Part shown: positions 45,988-57,023 of the stretch, piece by piece
Position numbering within the stretch: position 1 is the stretch's first letter
Layout: each line of letters starts with the position of its first letter
Assembly: GCA_964402565.1 (NCBI GenBank)
Contig: CAYOCJ010000002.1
Span: 391,340-455,339, forward strand
DNA: 64,000 nt
Source: an uncultured Gammaproteobacteria bacterium
GTDB taxonomy: Bacteria > Patescibacteriota > Patescibacteriia > UBA1558 > 2-01-FULL-52-15
Reading direction: 5' to 3'
Notes under the pieces: model-generated
Told to the model about the DNA's origin: nothing
The model's database searches: none
What the model saw: only the letters and a program-made list of their open reading frames with translations
Program-made: the position numbers and the translations under genes

Positions 45988-46452
45988 ATGAGAGGCAAAC
46001 AAGCACCAAAGCGCGCAGGCAAGCCTGATCCAAAATTCAGCAGAGTTGATATTGCGAAATTTATCAGCCGCATCATGAAGAACGGCAAGAAAACAGTTGC
46101 TCAGGGCATCGTCTATGATGCATTTCAGAGAATTTCTGAGGTCACGAAGCAAGACCCGCTCGAAATCTACGACAAAGCAATTCAGAATGTGAGTCCGAAT
46201 CTTGAAGTAAAAGGCCGCCGAGTCGGTGGTGCAAACTACCAGGTTCCTGTTGTCGTGATCGGCGAACGCAAGCTTGCATTGGCACATCGCTGGATCCTTG
46301 ATGCTTCTCGCGCCAAAAAAGGGAAACCAATGTTCGAGAAACTCGCTGATGAGCTTATTGCCGCATCAAAAGGCGAAGGCGATGCCATGAAAAAGCGGGA
46401 AGATGTACAGCGCATGGCAGAAGCAAACCGCGCATTCGCTCATTTCGGATAA
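45988..46452 (+). CDS. rpsG: 30S ribosomal protein uS7
   Basis: RRVGGANYQVP, MAEANRAFAH. Confidence 0.99.
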   Translation: MRGKQAPKRAGKPDPKFSRVDIAKFISRIMKNGKKTVAQGIVYDAFQRISEVTKQDPLEIYDKAIQNVSPNLEVKGRRVGGANYQVPVVVIGERKLALAHRWILDASRAKKGKPMFEKLADELIAASKGEGDAMKKREDVQRMAEANRAFAHFG

Positions 46453-46484
46453 ATTTTATCTTGTTTGTTTAGGAAATTTTGAAT

Positions 46485-48587
46485 ATGCCCAGGCAGTATC
46501 CGCTGGAAAAGACACGTAATATAGGAATTATCGCTCACATCGACGCAGGAAAGACCACGGTCTCCGAGCGTATTCTTTTTTATACCGGTAAAAAGCACAA
46601 AATTGGCGAAGTGCATGAAGGCCAGGCTGAAATGGACTGGATGGAACAGGAAAAGGAGCGGGGTATTACCATTACCTCGGCTGCAACGACCTGTTTCTGG
46701 AAAGCGCCGGATTGGCTTGGTGGCGATACCTGCCGCATCAATATTATCGATACGCCTGGTCACGTTGACTTCACAGCTGAAGTAGAGCGAAGCCTCCGTG
46801 TATTGGATGGCGGCGTGACTGTTTTCGACGGTGTTGCCGGTGTAGAACCGCAATCAGAAACAGTATGGCGCCAGGCTGACAAGTATCATGTCCCTCGTAT
46901 TTGTTTTATCAACAAGATGGATCGCATGGGAGCTGATTTTTACGCGGACTTGAATAGTATTCATGATCGTTTGACGAAACGCGCATACCCGATCCAATTG
47001 CCGATCGGCGCCGCTGAAACATTCAAGGGAATCATCGACCTCTTCACACGCAAGGCTATTGTATTTAAAGATGATGAAGGCAAGGTTTTCGAGGAGCAGG
47101 ATGTTCCGGATGATATGAAGGAGTTGGTAGAGAAGTATCGCAGCGAGCTTGTTGAAGCTATTGCGACGCATGACGATGCCTTGATGAACCAGTATCTGGA
47201 AGGCAAGGATATCGCTGATGTTGAATTGAAGAAGGTACTTCGTAAAGCGGTTATCACGAATGAACTGATCCCAGTTATGTGCGGATCAGCTTTGAAAAAT
47301 AAAGGCGTCCAGCAATTGCTCGATGCGGTGACCGCATATTTGCCCTCGCCATTGGACCTTCCTGAAGTGAAAGGCTCTGAAGTAGGTGATAAGTCCGTTG
47401 AAATGACCCGCAAAGCATCTGATAATGAACCTTTTTCAGGTCTTGCATTCAAAGTCGCTACTGACCCATACGTCGGTCGTTTGACCTTCGTGCGCATTTA
47501 TTCCGGCAAACTGGAAGCTGGTTCCTATGTCTACAATACGACTAAGGATAAGAAAGAGCGCATTGGCCGTTTGCTTTTGATGCATGCCAATCACCGGGAA
47601 GATATCAAAGAAGCCTATGCAGGCGATATCGTCGCGGTCGTAGGACTGAAAGAAACGTTTACCGGTCACACGCTTGCTGATGAAGAACATCCTATCACAC
47701 TGGAAAATATCGTATTCCCGGATCCGGTCATTCGTGTTGCTATTGAACCGAAGACCAAACAAGACCAGGAGAAGATGGGTCTGGCATTATCGAAACTTGC
47801 TGAGGAAGATCCGACATTCCGCGTTACGACCGACGATGAAACATTGCAGACCATCATCGCAGGCATGGGTGAATTACACCTGGAGATCATTGTCGACCGC
47901 ATGAAGCGCGAATTCAAGGTTGAAGCGAATGTCGGCGCTCCGCAGGTCGCCTATAAGGAAACGGTCATGGCAGAAGCGTTCGCTGAAGGAAAATATATCA
48001 AACAGTCAGGCGGACGCGGACAGTATGGACATTGTTGGATCAAGGTCAGGCCGCAAGAACGAGGTAAAGGTTTTGAATTCATTGACAATATTAAAGGCGG
48101 TGCTATACCAAAGGAGTATATTAATCCGATCGAAAAGGGTATCAGAGAAGCAATGACGAGCGGTCCTTTGGCAGGTTTCCCGGTCATCGACCTGCAGGCT
48201 GAGGTTTATGACGGTTCATTCCATGAAGTCGACTCTTCTGAAGCGGCTTTCAAGATCGCAGGATCTATGGCATTCCGCGAAGCGTTTAAGCGAGCAAAGC
48301 CTGTTCTTTTGGAGCCGATCATGAAGGTTGAAGTAACTACACCTGAGAAATATATGGGCGATGTCGTTGGTGACATCAATTCAAAGCGCGGACAAGTGAA
48401 CGATATGACAGATCGCATGGGTATTAAAGTTGTGCATGCTCTGGTGCCGCTTTCTGAGCTATTCGGTTATGCTACGTCCCTTCGCGGCATGACGCAGGGC
48501 CGGGCTAGCTATTCTATGGAACTTTCGCATTATCAGAATGTACCTGGTAATGTTGCTGAAGAGATCATCTCAGGTAAAAAGAAGTAA
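46485..48587 (+). CDS. fusA: Elongation factor G
   Basis: [30 protein letters not shown]. Confidence 0.99.
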   Translation: MPRQYPLEKTRNIGIIAHIDAGKTTVSERILFYTGKKHKIGEVHEGQAEMDWMEQEKERGITITSAATTCFWKAPDWLGGDTCRINIIDTPGHVDFTAEVERSLRVLDGGVTVFDGVAGVEPQSETVWRQADKYHVPRICFINKMDRMGADFYADLNSIHDRLTKRAYPIQLPIGAAETFKGIIDLFTRKAIVFKDDEGKVFEEQDVPDDMKELVEKYRSELVEAIATHDDALMNQYLEGKDIADVELKKVLRKAVITNELIPVMCGSALKNKGVQQLLDAVTAYLPSPLDLPEVKGSEVGDKSVEMTRKASDNEPFSGLAFKVATDPYVGRLTFVRIYSGKLEAGSYVYNTTKDKKERIGRLLLMHANHREDIKEAYAGDIVAVVGLKETFTGHTLADEEHPITLENIVFPDPVIRVAIEPKTKQDQEKMGLALSKLAEEDPTFRVTTDDETLQTIIAGMGELHLEIIVDRMKREFKVEANVGAPQVAYKETVMAEAFAEGKYIKQSGGRGQYGHCWIKVRPQERGKGFEFIDNIKGGAIPKEYINPIEKGIREAMTSGPLAGFPVIDLQAEVYDGSFHEVDSSEAAFKIAGSMAFREAFKRAKPVLLEPIMKVEVTTPEKYMGDVVGDINSKRGQVNDMTDRMGIKVVHALVPLSELFGYATSLRGMTQGRASYSMELSHYQNVPGNVAEEIISGKKK

Positions 48588-48598
48588 CCTCAAAACCT

Positions 48599-49009
48599 AT
48601 GGCGTTCGCCGCACAGATCGAGGAGGTCTTGAAGCTAATTGCTGAGACTGGCGATCGGTGCATCGTCGTGTCTGAAGGCCACGAGCCTTTTGTTTTGATG
48701 GACTTAGGCCAGTATCGAACGCTACTGAAAAGCGCCGCAGGCAAGGAAAAACTCGCAAATCTGACCGAAACTGAGCTTTTGGAGAAGATCAACCAGGATA
48801 TTGCAGATTGGCGCGAATCGCGAACTGAAGACCTGGCCGAATATGAATTATCACAATTTCAGGTCAACCCCCAGGAATCAGCTCTCAAGGCACGGATGCA
48901 GCAGGTTGATCGGGCAGCTACCAAAAGAGCCATGGCCCGTCCGGGGATGAACTTACCTGTCGTGGACGATCACCATATGGAGGAGTATAGACTTGAACCT
49001 CCTGTTTAA
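48599..49009 (+). CDS. Hypothetical protein with Phd/YefM-like N-terminus
   Basis: IEEVLKLIAETGDRCIVVSEGHEPFVLMDLGQYRTL; followed by its own terminator. Confidence 0.6.
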   Translation: MAFAAQIEEVLKLIAETGDRCIVVSEGHEPFVLMDLGQYRTLLKSAAGKEKLANLTETELLEKINQDIADWRESRTEDLAEYELSQFQVNPQESALKARMQQVDRAATKRAMARPGMNLPVVDDHHMEEYRLEPPV

Positions 49010-49020
49010 AGGATTTTAAT

Positions 49021-49047
49021 AAAAATGGCTAGTAATAGCCATTTTTT
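49021..49047 (+). terminator. Terminator upstream of the tuf promoter
   Basis: AAAAATGGCT-AGTAAT-AGCCATTTTTT. Confidence 0.7.
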
Positions 49048-49076
49048 ATCAACAATCAGTTCACATCCTTAGGGTC

Positions 49077-49105
49077 TTGCCAAAAAAACTAACTGTTGCT
49101 ATAAT
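49077..49105 (+). promoter_or_regulatory. tuf promoter
   Basis: TTGCCA, 17 bp, TG-n-TATAAT. Confidence 0.75.
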
Positions 49106-49247
49106 CGTTATGTTTTATTTTTAGGGAATTCCCTGAAATAAAAGCTCGATAACGTTTTTAACCAAATTTAATTACTAATTTTCAGCGCTAACTGGATTAC
49201 AAAGTCCGCTAGTCAGGCGGGTGTTGCGCAACTGAGGAGAGAATACT

Positions 49248-50435
49248 ATGGCAGAAATGTTCGATCGTTCCAAGCCGCACATCAACATCGGCACCATTGG
49301 CCACGTTGACCACGGCAAGACGACCTTGACCGCAGCTATTCTGAAAGTCATGAAAGCTGCAGGAAATAAGGCGCAGGAAAAAAACGTCGACCAGATTGAC
49401 GCCGCTCCAGAAGAGCGTGAGCGCGGTATTACTATCGCGACAGCTCACGTTGAGTATGAGACGAAGAATCGTCACTATGCTCACGTTGACTGCCCAGGTC
49501 ACGCTGACTATGTGAAGAACATGATCACCGGAGCAGCGCAGATGGACGGCGCCATTTTAGTCGTTTCAGCAACAGACGGTCCTATGCCGCAGACTCGTGA
49601 GCACATTTTGCTTGCGCGCCAAGTCGGTGTGCCGTATATCGTTGTGTTTTTGAACAAAGTTGATCAGGTTTCAGATCCAGAGCTCGTTGACCTCGTTGAA
49701 GAGGAAATCCGGGATTTGCTGAAGAAATATGAATTCCCGGGAGACACTACACCGATCATCCGCGGTTCAGCTTTGAAGGCTCTCGAGAACCCAAGCGGGG
49801 ATGATGCAAAGCCGATTTTGGACCTCATGGCGAAAGTCGATGAGTATATTCCAGAGCCGAAGCGCGATACGGATCATGCATTCCTTATGCCTATCGAAGA
49901 TATCTTTTCGATCGAAGGTCGCGGTACTGTCGTGACCGGCCGTATCGAACGCGGTATCGTGAAATTGAACGACGAAGTTGAGATCGTAGGCTTGCGCGAC
50001 ACGCAGAAGACCATTGTCACTGGTATTGAAATGTTCAACAAGCAATTGGCTGAAGGACGTGCCGGAGACAATGCTGGTATTTTGCTTCGCGGTACCAAGA
50101 AGGATGAAGTAGAGCGCGGACAGGTCTTGGCAAAGCCAGGTTCTATCAATCCGCACACTGAGTTCGTCGCTGAGGTCTATATCTTGTCGAAAGACGAAGG
50201 TGGCCGTCACACTCCATTCTTCAAAGGGTACAAGCCGCAATTCTATATTCGAACAACTGACGTTACTGGCGATGTGATGCTTCCAGAAGGTTCAGAAATG
50301 GTCATGCCGGGAGACACCGTTACCTTGACCATTAAGCTGATCGCACCAGTTGCTCTTGAAGAGAAGTCGAAGTTCGCTATCCGTGAGGGTGGTCGTACGG
50401 TCGGCGCAGGAGTTGTATCGAAGATTATTAAGTAA
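49248..50435 (+). CDS. tuf: Elongation factor Tu
   Basis: [31 protein letters not shown]. Confidence 0.99.
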   Translation: MAEMFDRSKPHINIGTIGHVDHGKTTLTAAILKVMKAAGNKAQEKNVDQIDAAPEERERGITIATAHVEYETKNRHYAHVDCPGHADYVKNMITGAAQMDGAILVVSATDGPMPQTREHILLARQVGVPYIVVFLNKVDQVSDPELVDLVEEEIRDLLKKYEFPGDTTPIIRGSALKALENPSGDDAKPILDLMAKVDEYIPEPKRDTDHAFLMPIEDIFSIEGRGTVVTGRIERGIVKLNDEVEIVGLRDTQKTIVTGIEMFNKQLAEGRAGDNAGILLRGTKKDEVERGQVLAKPGSINPHTEFVAEVYILSKDEGGRHTPFFKGYKPQFYIRTTDVTGDVMLPEGSEMVMPGDTVTLTIKLIAPVALEEKSKFAIREGGRTVGAGVVSKIIK

Positions 50436-50444
50436 GCATTTGAT

Positions 50445-50470
50445 CCGCCCCCGACGAAAGTCGGGGGCGG
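50445..50470 (+). other. GC-rich GAAA-tetraloop hairpin between tuf and rpsJ
   Basis: CCGCCCCCGAC-GAAA-GTCGGGGGCGG with no clean T-tract. Confidence 0.7.
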
Positions 50471-50501
50471 TACCCGTTCTTCAAAACATCATCACAACCA
50501 C

Positions 50502-50867
50502 ATGCCTGAGAAAGCAGATAAAAAAGCAGAGAAGAGATCGGCAGCCTCTGAAAATCCGGAGTCGCAGTCTCGCATTCGGATCAAGATCAAGGCTTATGAT
50601 CATAAGATCATTGACCAGTCGGTAAAGACGATCATTGATACTGCATTGCGAAGCGGCGCGAAGGTTGTTGGCCCGGTTCCGTTACCGACTGAAAAGACCA
50701 AGTATACCGTATTGCGATCGACATTCGTGCACAAAAATTCACGCGACCAATTCGAGATGCGCGTGCACAAGCGATTGATCGACATCATGGAGCCAACGCC
50801 AAAGACCATCGATTCCCTGACCAGTTTGAATCTGCCGGCAGGTGTGGATGTAGAAATAAAAATGTAA
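50502..50867 (+). CDS. rpsJ: 30S ribosomal protein uS10
   Basis: [25 protein letters not shown]. Confidence 0.99.
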   Translation: MPEKADKKAEKRSAASENPESQSRIRIKIKAYDHKIIDQSVKTIIDTALRSGAKVVGPVPLPTEKTKYTVLRSTFVHKNSRDQFEMRVHKRLIDIMEPTPKTIDSLTSLNLPAGVDVEIKM

Positions 50868-50882
50868 CAAAAAGTTTATTGA

Positions 50883-51135
50883 GGCATTGCATTTCCCTTG
50901 TACTCTAACCGTCCTGAGCGAAGTCGAATGGACGAAGTGGATACCAGGAAATCGATAGCCGGGAGAAAGTCATAGCAAGCTACAACCAGCATTTCATTCG
51001 TTAGTATCTAACGCAAGAAAAGTAGGTAGAGATAGGCGCATAGCGCCATAGTAGAAGCCGTGATTTTGTCCTGATCCGCCCAAGGCGGATAAGTACAAAA
51101 CAACGGTTTTTTCAATCAGATCCGCCTGGGGCGGA
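50883..51135. repeat. Palindromic REP-like elements in the rpsJ-rplC spacer
   Basis: GTCCTGAGCGAAGTCGAATGGAC (50911-50933), ATCCGCCCAAGGCGGAT (51074-51090), ATCCGCCTGGGGCGGA (51120-51135). Confidence 0.55.
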
Positions 51136-51152
51136 AAAATAATCAAGCCAAC

Positions 51153-51926
51153 ATGAAAGTTATCTTGGGAACAAAACGTGAAATGACCCAGAAATGGTCT
51201 TCGTCCGGCGTGGTGCCGGTGACGGCTATTCTTGCTGGTCCGTGCACGATCACGCAGGTTAAGGGTGAGAAGGATGGCTATCATGCGGTGCAGGTCGGTT
51301 TTACCCAGACCAAGAAGAAGATCTCAAAACCGCTGGCAGGCCATTTGAAGGATCTGGCTCATTTCAAAACACTGCGTGAATTCCGCATGGAGACTGATGC
51401 AAAGCGCGGACAGGTGGCAACGGTCTCGGCATTCAAAGTCGGTGATACAGTGCAGGTGATCGGTATTGCCAAAGGCAAAGGTTTTCAGGGTGTTGTGAAA
51501 CGCCATCATTTCGGCGGTAGTCCGAAAACTCACGGACATAAAGATCAGCACAGAATGCCTGGGAGCATCGGCGCAACTGAACCAAAGCATGTGTTCAAAG
51601 GAACCCGCATGGCAGGACGCATGGGAGGCCAGCAGGTTACCGTGAAAAATTTGGAAATTATCGAGATCGACGAGAAAAATAATTTGTTATACGTCAAAGG
51701 CGCAGTCCCGGGGGCACGAAACGGCTTACTTGCGATTTCAGGCGAAGGAGATATGACGTTCGTGGACGCAGTCATCGCAGAGACCAAGCCTGTCGAGGTT
51801 GTCGAAGAAAAGACAGCCGACATGCCAGAAGCATCAGCTATGCCGGAAGCGCAGGCTTCAGCAGAAACAGCTGCTGAACCAGCTGCAGAAGCTACACAAG
51901 AAGAAAGTACTACTGAATCAAAATAA
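51153..51926 (+). CDS. rplC: 50S ribosomal protein uL3
   Basis: KGKGFQGVVKRH, PGSIG, KGAVPG; acidic C-terminal extension. Confidence 0.99.
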   Translation: MKVILGTKREMTQKWSSSGVVPVTAILAGPCTITQVKGEKDGYHAVQVGFTQTKKKISKPLAGHLKDLAHFKTLREFRMETDAKRGQVATVSAFKVGDTVQVIGIAKGKGFQGVVKRHHFGGSPKTHGHKDQHRMPGSIGATEPKHVFKGTRMAGRMGGQQVTVKNLEIIEIDEKNNLLYVKGAVPGARNGLLAISGEGDMTFVDAVIAETKPVEVVEEKTADMPEASAMPEAQASAETAAEPAAEATQEESTTESK

Positions 51927-51928
51927 GT

Positions 51929-52567
51929 ATGGCAACGTTGAAAGTACCAGTATTGACACCAGACGGTAAAGAAAGCGGCTCGCTCGAGCTGTCGTCTGCC
52001 GTATTCGGCGTGCCGTTCAATAATCCGCTGGTGCACCAGGTGGTTACCGGACTGATGTCGCAGAAGCGCCAGGTATTGGCGCATACCAAAGGACGCGGGG
52101 ATGTACGCGGCGGAGGCAAGAAGCCATGGAAGCAAAAGGGAACTGGCCGCGCACGTCATGGTTCCAGCAGATCGCCAATCTGGGTTGGCGGCGGTGTCAC
52201 TTTCGGACCGACCAAGGATCGTAATTTTTCTCAGAAGGTCAACAAGCAGATGAAGCAGCAAGCGTTGCGCATGGTTCTTTCAGATAAAGTTGCGAACCAG
52301 CATCTGATCGTTCTACAAGAATGGACCGTTGCAGAGCCGAAGACAAAAGCATTGGCTGCGCTATTAAAGAACTTGCCATCGGCATCAAAGAAATCGCTGG
52401 TTGTCACGGTCGCAAAAGATAAGAATGTCATCCAGGCATCGAAGAATATGCCGAAAGTCATGAGTATTGGTGCTGCAAATTTGAATGTGCTGGATGTTTT
52501 GAAATATGAGTACCTGGTAGCTTCGAAAGAAGCGGTTTCAATAATTCAGGATCGCTACGCAAAGTAA
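51929..52567 (+). CDS. rplD: 50S ribosomal protein uL4
   Basis: KPWKQKGTGRARHGS. Confidence 0.99.
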   Translation: MATLKVPVLTPDGKESGSLELSSAVFGVPFNNPLVHQVVTGLMSQKRQVLAHTKGRGDVRGGGKKPWKQKGTGRARHGSSRSPIWVGGGVTFGPTKDRNFSQKVNKQMKQQALRMVLSDKVANQHLIVLQEWTVAEPKTKALAALLKNLPSASKKSLVVTVAKDKNVIQASKNMPKVMSIGAANLNVLDVLKYEYLVASKEAVSIIQDRYAK

Positions 52568-52571
52568 TACT

Positions 52572-53024
52572 ATGAGTTTCCTCGATAGATTCAAAAAACA
52601 GGAAGAGAAGAAGAACGCTGGCACGCAGCGAAAGGTTCAGCCTGCACAGAAAACCGTGCGCGAAGAGCGTGAAGCAGCCGAAGTTGTCAAAACCCAGAAA
52701 AAGGGGGCTGTTGCTGCAACCGTTTCGGCAACAGGCGGCATGTACGCTCATTCGGTACTCCTGAAGCCTATTGTTTCCGAGAAGACAGCGCATTTGCATG
52801 CATTCAATCAGTATGTTTTTAAAGTAGCTCCGAATGCAAATAAAGTAAGCGTAAAGAAAGCGATCAAGGAAACCTATAACGCTGATCCATTGGAAGTCCG
52901 CATTGTGAAAGTTCAGGGTAAAGTCGTGATGCGCGGCAGAGAAAAAGGATACCGAAATTCTTATAAAAAAGCATTTATCCGCATGCCGAAGGGCGTGACC
53001 TTGCCGATTTACGAAGGCGTATAA
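52572..53024 (+). CDS. rplW: 50S ribosomal protein uL23
   Basis: PIVSEK, YVFKV...ANK, YKKA; long N-terminal extension. Confidence 0.96.
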   Translation: MSFLDRFKKQEEKKNAGTQRKVQPAQKTVREEREAAEVVKTQKKGAVAATVSATGGMYAHSVLLKPIVSEKTAHLHAFNQYVFKVAPNANKVSVKKAIKETYNADPLEVRIVKVQGKVVMRGREKGYRNSYKKAFIRMPKGVTLPIYEGV

Positions 53025-53026
53025 CT

Positions 53027-53869
53027 ATGGCACTGAAATTATACAGACCAACAACCTCAGGAATTCGGCACGCGAGCGTGATCCGCGATGAGTCTTTGTC
53101 AAAAAAAGCATCGCATAAGCGCCTCCGCACTATCAAGAAGCGCAAAGGCGGCCGCAATGCGCAGGGTAAGATCACCGTCCGCCATCAGGGCGGCGGAGCG
53201 AAGCGGTTCATTCGTTTCGTTGATTTCAAGCGCGACAAATTTGATATTCCGGGAACAGTTATCTCGCTCGAATACGATCCAAACCGCAACGCTCGCATCG
53301 CCTTGTTGTCCTATGCTGATGGCGAGAAGCGTTACATTATCGCACCGCAGGGTTTGGCGAACGGCACTATTCTGATGTCTTCGCAGAAACAGGCTGAGAT
53401 CAAGGTTGGCAATCAGATGAAATTAAAGTTCATCCCGACCGGTTTGGAAGTACATAATATCGAGTTGACCGTGGGTAAGGGTGGCCAGATCTGCCGATCG
53501 GCAGGGAATTATGCCATTCTTAGCTCCATCGATAATGGCAGAGCGCTTTTGAAGATGCCTTCCGGCGAAATTCGAACCGTATCAGAGGAATGTTCAGCGA
53601 CGATCGGCATGGTTTCAAACCCGGAATTCAGAAATATCCGTTGGGGCAAAGCTGGCCGCATGCGTCATCGCGGTATTCGCCCGTCAGTTCGAGGTAAGGT
53701 TATGAACCCAGTGGATCACCCGCATGGCGGCGGAGAAGGAAAGCATCCGATCGGTTTGAAGCATCCGAAGACGTATACTGGTAAGAATGCATTTGGCGTG
53801 AAGACACGTAAACCAAAGAAGTATTCGAATAATTTAATCATTAAGCGCCGAAAGGGCAGAGCGGAATAA
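53027..53869 (+). CDS. rplB: 50S ribosomal protein uL2
   Basis: [19 protein letters not shown]. Confidence 0.99.
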   Translation: MALKLYRPTTSGIRHASVIRDESLSKKASHKRLRTIKKRKGGRNAQGKITVRHQGGGAKRFIRFVDFKRDKFDIPGTVISLEYDPNRNARIALLSYADGEKRYIIAPQGLANGTILMSSQKQAEIKVGNQMKLKFIPTGLEVHNIELTVGKGGQICRSAGNYAILSSIDNGRALLKMPSGEIRTVSEECSATIGMVSNPEFRNIRWGKAGRMRHRGIRPSVRGKVMNPVDHPHGGGEGKHPIGLKHPKTYTGKNAFGVKTRKPKKYSNNLIIKRRKGRAE

Positions 53870-53873
53870 TCGT

Positions 53874-54200
53874 ATGGCACGAAGCTTGAAAAAAGGACCA
53901 TTTGTCGATGAGCGCTTGATGAAAAAAGTTGCTAATACCAAGCCGGATAGCAAAACGGTCATCAAGACATGGGCGCGTAATTGCACCATTGTTCCTCAGA
54001 TGGTCGGGTTTACTTTCGGCGTGCATAATGGCCGTACGCACGTGAATGTCTACGTCGTTGAGAATATGGTAGGCCATAAGCTTGGAGAATTTTCACCGAC
54101 CCGCAAGTTCGTCGTACATGGCGGCAAGATAGCTAAAGCACAAGCACAAGACAAAGCACCGGCTACACCAGCAACGCCGGCAGCAGGAGAAAAGAAATAA
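53874..54200 (+). CDS. rpsS: 30S ribosomal protein uS19
   Basis: [19 protein letters not shown]. Confidence 0.99.
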   Translation: MARSLKKGPFVDERLMKKVANTKPDSKTVIKTWARNCTIVPQMVGFTFGVHNGRTHVNVYVVENMVGHKLGEFSPTRKFVVHGGKIAKAQAQDKAPATPATPAAGEKK

Positions 54201-54203
54201 TAT

Positions 54204-54704
54204 ATGATCGAAGTACGAGCACAGCTGAAACATTTACGCATGTCACCGAAGAAGGTGCGCTTGGTTACTGATGCCATCAAAGGCATGGACGCCCAGCAGG
54301 CTTTAGTTCGATTGCGATTCATTCCGAAGGCAGCAGCGCCTATCGTTGAAAAACTTCTCAAATCTGCCATCGCCAATGCGCACAATAACAATAATTTGAA
54401 AGTTGAAGATCTGATGGTCAAGAACGTGATGGTAAATCAGGGTCTGGCGCTGAAGCGCATCCGGCCGGCAGCGTTCGGATCAGCCCATGGCTACAAGAAA
54501 CATGCATCCCACATTAACTTGGTTCTTGGCCTAAAGCCGGGAGCGAAGTCCAATGAGAAGTCGACTGAAAAGAAAAAGAAAGAAGCGCCAGCTCAAAAAG
54601 AGGCTGCAGCATCTGAATCTGCATCAAAGAAGGCAGTTAAAAAAACGCCGAGCGATATGAAGAAACCGGCATCGAAGACTAAGAAAGAGCCAGCATCAAA
54701 GTAA
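54204..54704 (+). CDS. rplV: 50S ribosomal protein uL22
   Basis: SPKKVRLV, SAIANA; Lys-rich C-terminal extension. Confidence 0.98.
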   Translation: MIEVRAQLKHLRMSPKKVRLVTDAIKGMDAQQALVRLRFIPKAAAPIVEKLLKSAIANAHNNNNLKVEDLMVKNVMVNQGLALKRIRPAAFGSAHGYKKHASHINLVLGLKPGAKSNEKSTEKKKKEAPAQKEAAASESASKKAVKKTPSDMKKPASKTKKEPASK

Positions 54705-54708
54705 TACT

Positions 54709-55422
54709 ATGGGACAAAAGGTAAATCCAAAGGTAATGCGATTGGGAATGAGCGAACAGTGGCGTTCGCGCTGGTACGGTGATGCCGACTATGCACAGAT
54801 GCTCCGCCAGGATGTGACATTGCGCCGTTTCCTCGCGAAAAAACTTGCTGAAGCAGGTATTGATAAGATCGATATCGAGCGTTTCCGCGGAGAGGTCGTG
54901 GTAACGATCGTGACTGCTAAGCCTGGTATTATCATCGGACGCGGCGGCACCGGTATTGAGGATCTGAAAAAAGAGATCGTAAAGAAATACTTATCGCCAA
55001 AAACGACACTGAAGCTCAATATCCAGGAAGTTGAAAATCCGAATTTGTCATCAGGCGTCGTATTGCAGGCCTGCATCGCTGATATCGAGAAGCGTATACC
55101 GTTCCGCAGGGTCATGAAGGTTAATATTGATAAGGTCCTGAAAGCTGGAGCAGAAGGGGTGAAGATCATGATGTCAGGACGCTTGAACGGCGCAGATATT
55201 GCCCGCCGCGAGACCTTAACACAAGGAAAGATCCCTCTGCACACATTGCGTGCCAATATCAATTATTCACGCGGCACCGCACTGACTACGTATGGCATGA
55301 TCGGCATCAAGGTTTGGATTTATAAAGGACTCTATTTTGCAAAGACTGCAGAGAAGAAGCAGACAGAGCAAGCGCCAGTACGGCGCGCCCCAGCCCGCCG
55401 GCCGATGGAGGCAAAGAAATAA
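54709..55422 (+). CDS. rpsC: 30S ribosomal protein uS3
   Basis: MGQKVNP, KPGIIIGRGG, GRLNGA, IPLHTLRA. Confidence 0.99.
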   Translation: MGQKVNPKVMRLGMSEQWRSRWYGDADYAQMLRQDVTLRRFLAKKLAEAGIDKIDIERFRGEVVVTIVTAKPGIIIGRGGTGIEDLKKEIVKKYLSPKTTLKLNIQEVENPNLSSGVVLQACIADIEKRIPFRRVMKVNIDKVLKAGAEGVKIMMSGRLNGADIARRETLTQGKIPLHTLRANINYSRGTALTTYGMIGIKVWIYKGLYFAKTAEKKQTEQAPVRRAPARRPMEAKK

Positions 55423-55431
55423 CGCAAGACT

Positions 55432-55842
55432 ATGTTAGCACCGAAGAAAGTAAAATTTAGGAAGTCACAGCGCTCTGATCAGATCAAGGGAACTGCTTCG
55501 CGCATGACCAATGTCGCGTTTGGGCAGTATGGCCTGAAAGCATTGGAAGCATCGTGGATCACCAGCCGCCAGATAGAGGCAGCTCGACGCACCATGACGC
55601 ATTTCATTGCCCGCGGCGGACGCGTGTGGATCCGCATTTTCCCCGATAAGTCGATCACAACAAAAGGAAATGAAATGCCAATGGGCAAGGGAAAGGGAGC
55701 AGTTGACCATTATGTGGCTGTGGTAAAGCCGGGTACCGTTCTCTTTGAAATGAGCGGCGTCGATGAGAAGACCGCGCGGCATGCTATGAATCTGGCAGCA
55801 TATAAATTACCGATCAAGACCACCTTTGTATTAAAACATTAA
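55432..55842 (+). CDS. rplP: 50S ribosomal protein uL16
   Basis: QIEAAR, WIRIFPD, MGKGKG. Confidence 0.99.
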   Translation: MLAPKKVKFRKSQRSDQIKGTASRMTNVAFGQYGLKALEASWITSRQIEAARRTMTHFIARGGRVWIRIFPDKSITTKGNEMPMGKGKGAVDHYVAVVKPGTVLFEMSGVDEKTARHAMNLAAYKLPIKTTFVLKH

Positions 55843-55846
55843 GCGT

Positions 55847-56050
55847 ATGACGTTGAAAGAAATGAGAGAAATGGATATGAAGAAGCTACAGTCAGAGCTT
55901 TCTGCATTGCAGGGGAAAGCGCGTGATATGCGTTTTGGATTGGCAAACAGGCAGGTAAAGAATATTCGCGAGATACGGAGTTTGAAAAAGCAGATAGCCC
56001 AGATCATGACCGTAGCATCTGGACGTTCACATGAGAAACAAGCTAAGTAA
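55847..56050 (+). CDS. rpmC: 50S ribosomal protein uL29
   Basis: Operon position, size, IR..KKQIAQIMT. Confidence 0.93.
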   Translation: MTLKEMREMDMKKLQSELSALQGKARDMRFGLANRQVKNIREIRSLKKQIAQIMTVASGRSHEKQAK

Positions 56051-56055
56051 TATAC

Positions 56056-56325
56056 ATGAAAAAAGAGAACGTAAAAGTAAATAAGCGTCAGCTCGAGGGA
56101 GTGGTAGTAAGCACTAAAATGCAAAAGACCGCCGTTGTTCGTGTTGATCGCGTGAAAGTGCATCCAAAATATGCAAAGCGCTATGTCGTCAGCAAGAAAT
56201 ACAAAGCGCATGATGAAAAAGGCGTAGCAACCGATGGCGCGATCGTGGTTATCGAAGCATGCCGTCCGATTTCAAAAGATAAGCGTTTTCGCGTTATTCG
56301 CGTAGTGAAACAAGCAACCGCATAG
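56056..56325 (+). CDS. rpsQ: 30S ribosomal protein uS17
   Basis: GVVVS.KMQKT, HPKY, CRPISK. Confidence 0.98.
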   Translation: MKKENVKVNKRQLEGVVVSTKMQKTAVVRVDRVKVHPKYAKRYVVSKKYKAHDEKGVATDGAIVVIEACRPISKDKRFRVIRVVKQATA

Positions 56326-56331
56326 AATTTT

Positions 56332-56703
56332 ATGATACAACATCGATCAATGTTACAAATAGCAGACAACTCGGGAGCAAAGCTCGCGCAATGCATCCGT
56401 GTTCTCGGAGGGTACAAGAAGCGCTACGCGCAGATCGGTGACGTTATTACCGTGGTCATTAAAATTGCGCAGCCGCACGCACAGGTCAAGAAGAGTCAGG
56501 TGCATCACGCAGTTGTCGTGCGACAACGCAAGGAAATGCGCAGAAAAGACGGTTCATATATTCGTTTCGACGAGAATGCCATCGTATTGATCGATAAAGA
56601 AAATAAAGAGCCGAAAGGCACCCGTATTTTCGGACCGATCGCACGTGAGTTGCGGGCTAAAGGCTTTACCAAAATTCTTTCATTAGCACCAGAAGTCGTC
56701 TAA
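56332..56703 (+). CDS. rplN: 50S ribosomal protein uL14
   Basis: [20 protein letters not shown]. Confidence 0.99.
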   Translation: MIQHRSMLQIADNSGAKLAQCIRVLGGYKKRYAQIGDVITVVIKIAQPHAQVKKSQVHHAVVVRQRKEMRRKDGSYIRFDENAIVLIDKENKEPKGTRIFGPIARELRAKGFTKILSLAPEVV

Positions 56704-56707
56704 TCGT

Positions 56708-57022
56708 ATGAAAACGTATATCGCATTACAAGATACCGTGAAAGTACTGACCGGCAAGTATAAGAACAAGACCGGCAAGGTCACTCAGATTTTGCGCAAA
56801 GAGCATTCTGTCGTCGTCGAAGGCCTGAACAAGATGTACAAGAATATGCGGCCGCAGAAAAGCGGCGATAAAGGCCAGCGTATCGAGTTCTTTGCACCGA
56901 TCGGTCTTTCGAAAGTCATGCTCGTCTGTCCAAAATGCAGCAAGCCGACTCGTATCACCATCAAGCGAGATGGAGCGAAGCGCATGCGCGTTTGCAAGAA
57001 ATGTAAAGAAGTAATGGAATAG
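56708..57022 (+). CDS. rplX: 50S ribosomal protein uL24
   Basis: KOW motif, VVEGLN, CPKC...CKKC. Confidence 0.97.
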   Translation: MKTYIALQDTVKVLTGKYKNKTGKVTQILRKEHSVVVEGLNKMYKNMRPQKSGDKGQRIEFFAPIGLSKVMLVCPKCSKPTRITIKRDGAKRMRVCKKCKEVME

Positions 57023-57023
57023 T

